From assembly GCA_965112735.1 (NCBI GenBank), contig OZ218953.1, positions 2,542,001-2,606,000 of the forward strand: a stretch of DNA of 64,000 nt. The letters run 5' to 3'. Shown in pieces: positions 59,783 to 64,000 of this stretch. How positions within the stretch are numbered: position 1 is the first letter of the stretch; each line of letters opens with the position of its first letter. This stretch comes from Phaeosaccion multiseriatum. Its lineage: Eukaryota > Protista > Ochrophyta, other classes. The notes under the pieces were generated by a model. That model was given only the letters and a program-made list of their open reading frames with translations. It made no database searches and was not told the origin of the DNA. The position numbers and the translations under genes are program-made.

Positions 59783-61844
59783 ACCGACAAGCTGACCGAC
59801 AAGCTGACCGACAGGCTGACCGACAGGCTGACCGACAAGCTGACCGACAGGCTGACCGACAGGCTGACCGACAGGCTGACCGACAAGCTGACCGACAGGC
59901 TGACCGACAGGCTGACCGACAGGCTGACCGACAGGCTGACCGACAAGCTGACCGACAGGCTGACTGACAGGCTGACCGACAGGCTGACCGACAGGCTGAC
60001 CGACAAGCTGACCGACAGGCTGACCGACAGGCTGACCGACAAGCTGACCGACAGGCTGACCGACAGGCTGACCGACAAGCTGACCGACAGGCTGACCGAC
60101 AGGCTGACCGACACGCTGACCGACAGGCTGACCGACAAGCTGACCGACACGCTGACCGACAGGCTGACCGACAGACTGACCGACAGACTGACCGACAGGC
60201 TGACCGACAGGCTGACCGACAGGCTGACCGACAGGCTGACCGACAGGCTGACCGACAAGCTGACCGACAGGCTGACCGACAGGCTGACCGACAGGCTGAC
60301 CGACAGGCTGACCGACAGGCTGACCGACAGGCTGACCGACAGGCTGACCGACAAGCTGACCGACAGGCTGACCGACAGGCTGACCGACAGGCTGACCGAC
60401 AGGCTGACCGACAAGCTGACCGACAGGCTGACCGACAGGCTGACCGACAAGCTGACCGACAGGCTGACCGACAGGCTGACCGACAAGCTGACCGACAGGC
60501 TGACCGACAGGCTGACCGACAAGCTGACCGACAGACTGACCGACAAGCTGACCGACAAGGCTGACCGACAGGCTGACCGACAGACTGACCGACAGACTGA
60601 CCGACAGGCTGACCGACAGGCTGACCGACAAGCTGACCGACAGGCTGACCGACAAGCTGACCGACAGGCTGACCGACAGGCTAACCGACAGGCTGACCGA
60701 CAGGCTGACCGACAGGCTGACCGACAAGCTGACCGACAGGCTGACCGACAAGCTGACCGACAGGCTGACCGACAAGCTGACCGACAGGCTGACCGACAGG
60801 CTGACCGACAAGCTGACCGACAGGCTGACCGACAGGCTGACCGACAGGCTGACCGACAGGCTGACCGACAGGCTGACCGACAGGCTGACCGACAGGCTGA
60901 CCGACAAGCTGACCGACAGGCTGACCGACAGGCTGACCGACAGACTGACCGACAGGCTGACCGACAGGCTGACCGACAAGCTGACCGACAGGCTGACCGA
61001 CAAGCTGACCGACAGGCTGACCGACAAGCTGACCGACACGCTGACCGACAGGCTGACCGACAAGCTGACCGACAGGCTGACCGACAGGCTGACCGACAGG
61101 CTGACCGACAGGCTGACCGACAAGCTGACCGACGGGCTAACCGACAGGCTGACCGACAGGCTGACCGACAGGCTGACCGACAAGCTGACCGACAGGCTGA
61201 CCGACACGCTGACCGACAGGCTGACCGACAAGCTGACCGACAAGCTGACCGACAAGCTGACCGACAGGCTGACCGACAAGCTGACCGACAAGCTGACCGA
61301 CAAGCTGACCGACAGGCTGACCGACAGGCTAACCGACAAGCTGACCGACAGGCTGACCGACAGGCTGACCGACAGGCTGACCGACAGGCTGACCGACAGG
61401 CTGACCGACAAGCTGACTGACAGGCTGACCGACAAGCTGACCGACAGGCTGACCGACAGGCTGACCGACAGGCTGACCGACAGGCTGACCGACAAGCTGA
61501 CCGACAGGCTGACCGGCAAGCTGACCGACAGGCTGACCGACAGGCTGACTGACAGGCTGACCGACAAGCTGACCGACAGGCTGACCGACAGGCTGACCGA
61601 CAGGCTGACCGACAGGCTGACCGACAGGCTGAGCGACAGGCTGACCGACAGGCTGACCGACAAGCTGAGCGACAGGCTGACCGACAGGCTGAGCGACAGG
61701 CTGAGCGACAGGCTGACCGACAGGCTGACCGACAAGCTGACCGACAGGCTGACCGACAGGCTGACCGACAGGCTGACCGACAGGCTGACCGACAGGCTGA
61801 CCGACAGGCTGACCGACAGGCTGACCGACAAGCTGACCGACAGG
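59783..61844. repeat. 12-bp minisatellite array, ~172 units, consensus ACCGACA(G/A)GCTG
   Basis: 2062 bp continuous array; one 1-nt insertion near 60559 (..acaagg..); rare variants clustered by position. Confidence 0.98.
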
Positions 61845-62111
61845 TTCGAGGCACTCCCTCGCTCGGCGGGGGTGGTGCGGTGCTGCGAGAGGCAGAATGA
61901 ACTGATGTGCCTTGACTTGACTCGCCCGTTTCGAGTAGCGAAGAGGACAGCACAAGGGAAGCGCCGTCCGAGAGGGGGGAGGGGGGGGGGGGGGTTGGGG
62001 TCTAATGTCTTCCTCATCGCCACACCCTCCCGCCACCCCTTGTGCCGCCGCCCTCTTCCGGCATGAGAAAGCTCACTCGATACGAGACCGCAAGGCCAAA
62101 TCAAGCTTTAT

Positions 62112-63455
62112 TCAGCTCTTTGCTGTTCCTGCTCCTCCTCCTGATCCTCCTGCTGCTGCTGCTGCTCCTCCTCCTCCTCCTGCTGCTGCTCCTCCTCCTG
62201 CTGCTGCTGTTCCTACCGATGCCCCCGCCTTGCTATTTACGGTACCCTGTGGCGCTTTCTTGGCCGCTGCGGCCCGTGACTGCTCCAAGAAGGCCTGAAT
62301 GCCCATGGCCATAGATGAAGGTCTCCGCTTATTACCCACCGTACCCACACCACTCCCACTGCTCCTCCCACTGGCGTTGCCACTACCACCGCCCGCCCCC
62401 CTGGCCCCTCCTCGCGCAGCTCTGTCCTCTCCTTTTCCGGGGGTGGTGGTGGCTGCTGATGCTGCTGCCGCATGTGGTGCTTCGCTCTGTGGTATTGCGG
62501 TGCCCATGCGGGACACATGAAGAGACTCCTCGTACTTGAGACGAGCCTTGCGTTGTACTCTACGGGGGGGGGTGGGGGTGGGAAGGGAGACGAGGGGAGG
62601 GGAGGACAGAGGAGAGGATAGAGGAAGAGGAGAGGAGAGGTTGGAAAGCGCTCTCGGAGCTCACACCAAGTCGATCACGGATCACGCACCTCCTCACCCG
62701 CCCCACTCCCTCCCCCTCCCTTACGACGATAACGATGCTTCTTTCCTGAAGTGACCCTCCGCCCCCCCCCCCCCCCCCCCCCTCCCCTCACTTGCTCCTT
62801 CTCTCCCTGGATCCGCTACAGCAACCCCACAATTCCTCCCATTCGCTGTCCTCTCTTCCCAGCACAAGAAAGATTGACTCACCTTGCCAATATCTCGAGC
62901 TCGTCAGTGGGCATGTAGTCATCATCATCATCATCATCATCATGACTGTCATCAAGCGTCCTTCGGTGGTGCTTGGTGTCTCTGTCCTTTCCCTCCTCCA
63001 CCTTGAGGCTCGCAAAGTGGTCCTCCGCGCGCTTCTCTTGCTCCAACTGACACATTTGCACCACCTGCATACACAAGAGCGGAGGGAGTGGGGGTGGACG
63101 GAGGCGAGTTGAGGGAAAGGGAAAAGGAGGGGGAGGGCAGAGGAGGGGGAGGGGAGAGAAACGGAACGGCGGTAGCAGGCAGAGAAGAGAAGAGAAGAGA
63201 AGAGAAGAGAAGAGAAGAGAAGAGAAGAGAAGAGAAGAGAAGAGAAGAGAAGAGAAGAGAACTGTCTTGCCTTACAGCAAGGCCTTCTCTTGTCACACCT
63301 GCTGCAGCAGCTCCTGTAGCCTATCCACCAACTGCGGCTCCATGGAGGCGAAGAGAAAGTCGAAGCGCTCCCCCGCGTGGTCGACAATAGATATCGAGTC
63401 CACCAGTCTCGAGCTCTCCTTTGATACTCGCGCCACACACGCCAGGGGAAGAACT
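62112..63455 (-). CDS. 3' part of a gene, probably GRAM/PH-like domain followed by a low-complexity tail (5' exons upstream, not resolved)
   Basis: Exons 63455-63299 (VLPLACVARVSKESSRLVDSISIVDHAGERFDFLF), ~63064-62883, ~62745-62724, ~62559-62112 join in frame to ..GAGTAKS*. Confidence 0.6.
63181..63259. repeat. (AGAAG)n pentanucleotide microsatellite, intronic
   Basis: ~16 units read directly. Confidence 0.95.
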
Positions 63456-64000
63456 CTGAGGAGGAGCAGGAGGAGCAGGAGCAGGAGGAGGGAGCAGGAG
63501 GAGGAGGAGGAGGAGGAGGAGGAGGAGGAGGGAGAAGGAGGAGGAGGAGGAGGAGGAGGAGGAGGAGGAGGAGGAGGAGGAGGAGGGAGGAGGATGCGGA
63601 AGAGAAGGTGGGGTGAGACGAGTGAGTGAGTAGTAAGTGAGCAGGAGAGGGCATTCAAGTGTGCGTACGTGATTAGAGTCATCTGTTCCTCACGTAGCTC
63701 ACATACTAACTAGTATGACAAACTCACTTAACTCGTTCCACTTCTTCAAACCCCTCCTATAACTCTCGTTACTCACATACAAACTCGCTTCACCTCATGT
63801 GCCTGACTCACTTAACTCGATTCACTTGTTCAGCATTGCATTTCGCTGCGTCCGCAAGGGCCCAAGGCCACTTTGCGTGGCTTGGAATGCTAGCTCTCTC
63901 CCTTCTCTCCATTCTGTCACTACTTGGTTGTAATGCTCGCTCGTTCTCTCTCACTCCATCCTTCTCTCCCCTTTTCTTTCCTTTTCCCTCTCTCACTGTC

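Noticed and set aside
59783-61844. CRISPR array or telomere
   Set aside because: No unique spacers, no cas genes, eukaryotic context; the unit is not TTAGGG-like and genes continue beyond it.
59747-62104. 557-, 778- and 725-aa ORFs (LTDR/ADRQ, SVSL/VGQP, ACRS repeats) as real CDS
   Set aside because: Any 12-bp unit lacking stops gives long ORFs in most frames; mostly non-ATG starts, a mid-array frameshift and no unique domain. Kept as a repeat.

Overview
Gene-dense, intron-rich eukaryotic nuclear DNA, GC-rich and saturated with microsatellites. Most ORF-track entries are artefacts of low-complexity sequence; the real genes have to be spliced by hand. Several genes carry bipartite signal+transit presequences (GSA-F, AES-F, VAA-F, ASC-F, GDA-W, AQG-W), which points to an ochrophyte (secondary red plastid) alga. 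The GGAG/CCCT-rich introns are eustigmatophyte-like (inference). About 18 genes can be reconstructed: a G3BP-like NTF2-RRM-RGG protein, a plastid tandem NTF2/SnoaL-like protein, a PDZ + coiled-coil giant, a tail-anchored RRxS-repeat protein, a plastid Rubisco-LSMT-like SET methyltransferase, a large disordered protein, a plastid dienelactone hydrolase, an HSPBAP1-like JmjC protein, two small plastid proteins, a degenerate half-SNF2 protein, plastid MetAP1, a divergent 14-3-3/EF-hand-like fusion, a SAM-only protein, a possibly frameshifted gene, a PiT/PHO4 phosphate transporter, an ankyrin protein and a 5'-truncated GRAM-like gene. Non-genic highlights: (1) a previously unexplained dispersed motif, CAGCAG-TTGGTGATA-CAGCAG, occurring about 13 times in both orientations and three reading frames inside unrelated genes and an intron; (2) a 2.06-kb array of ~172 12-bp units with binary A/G variation; (3) a 410-bp MITE-like element. 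Exon boundaries are manual and need RNA-seq confirmation.
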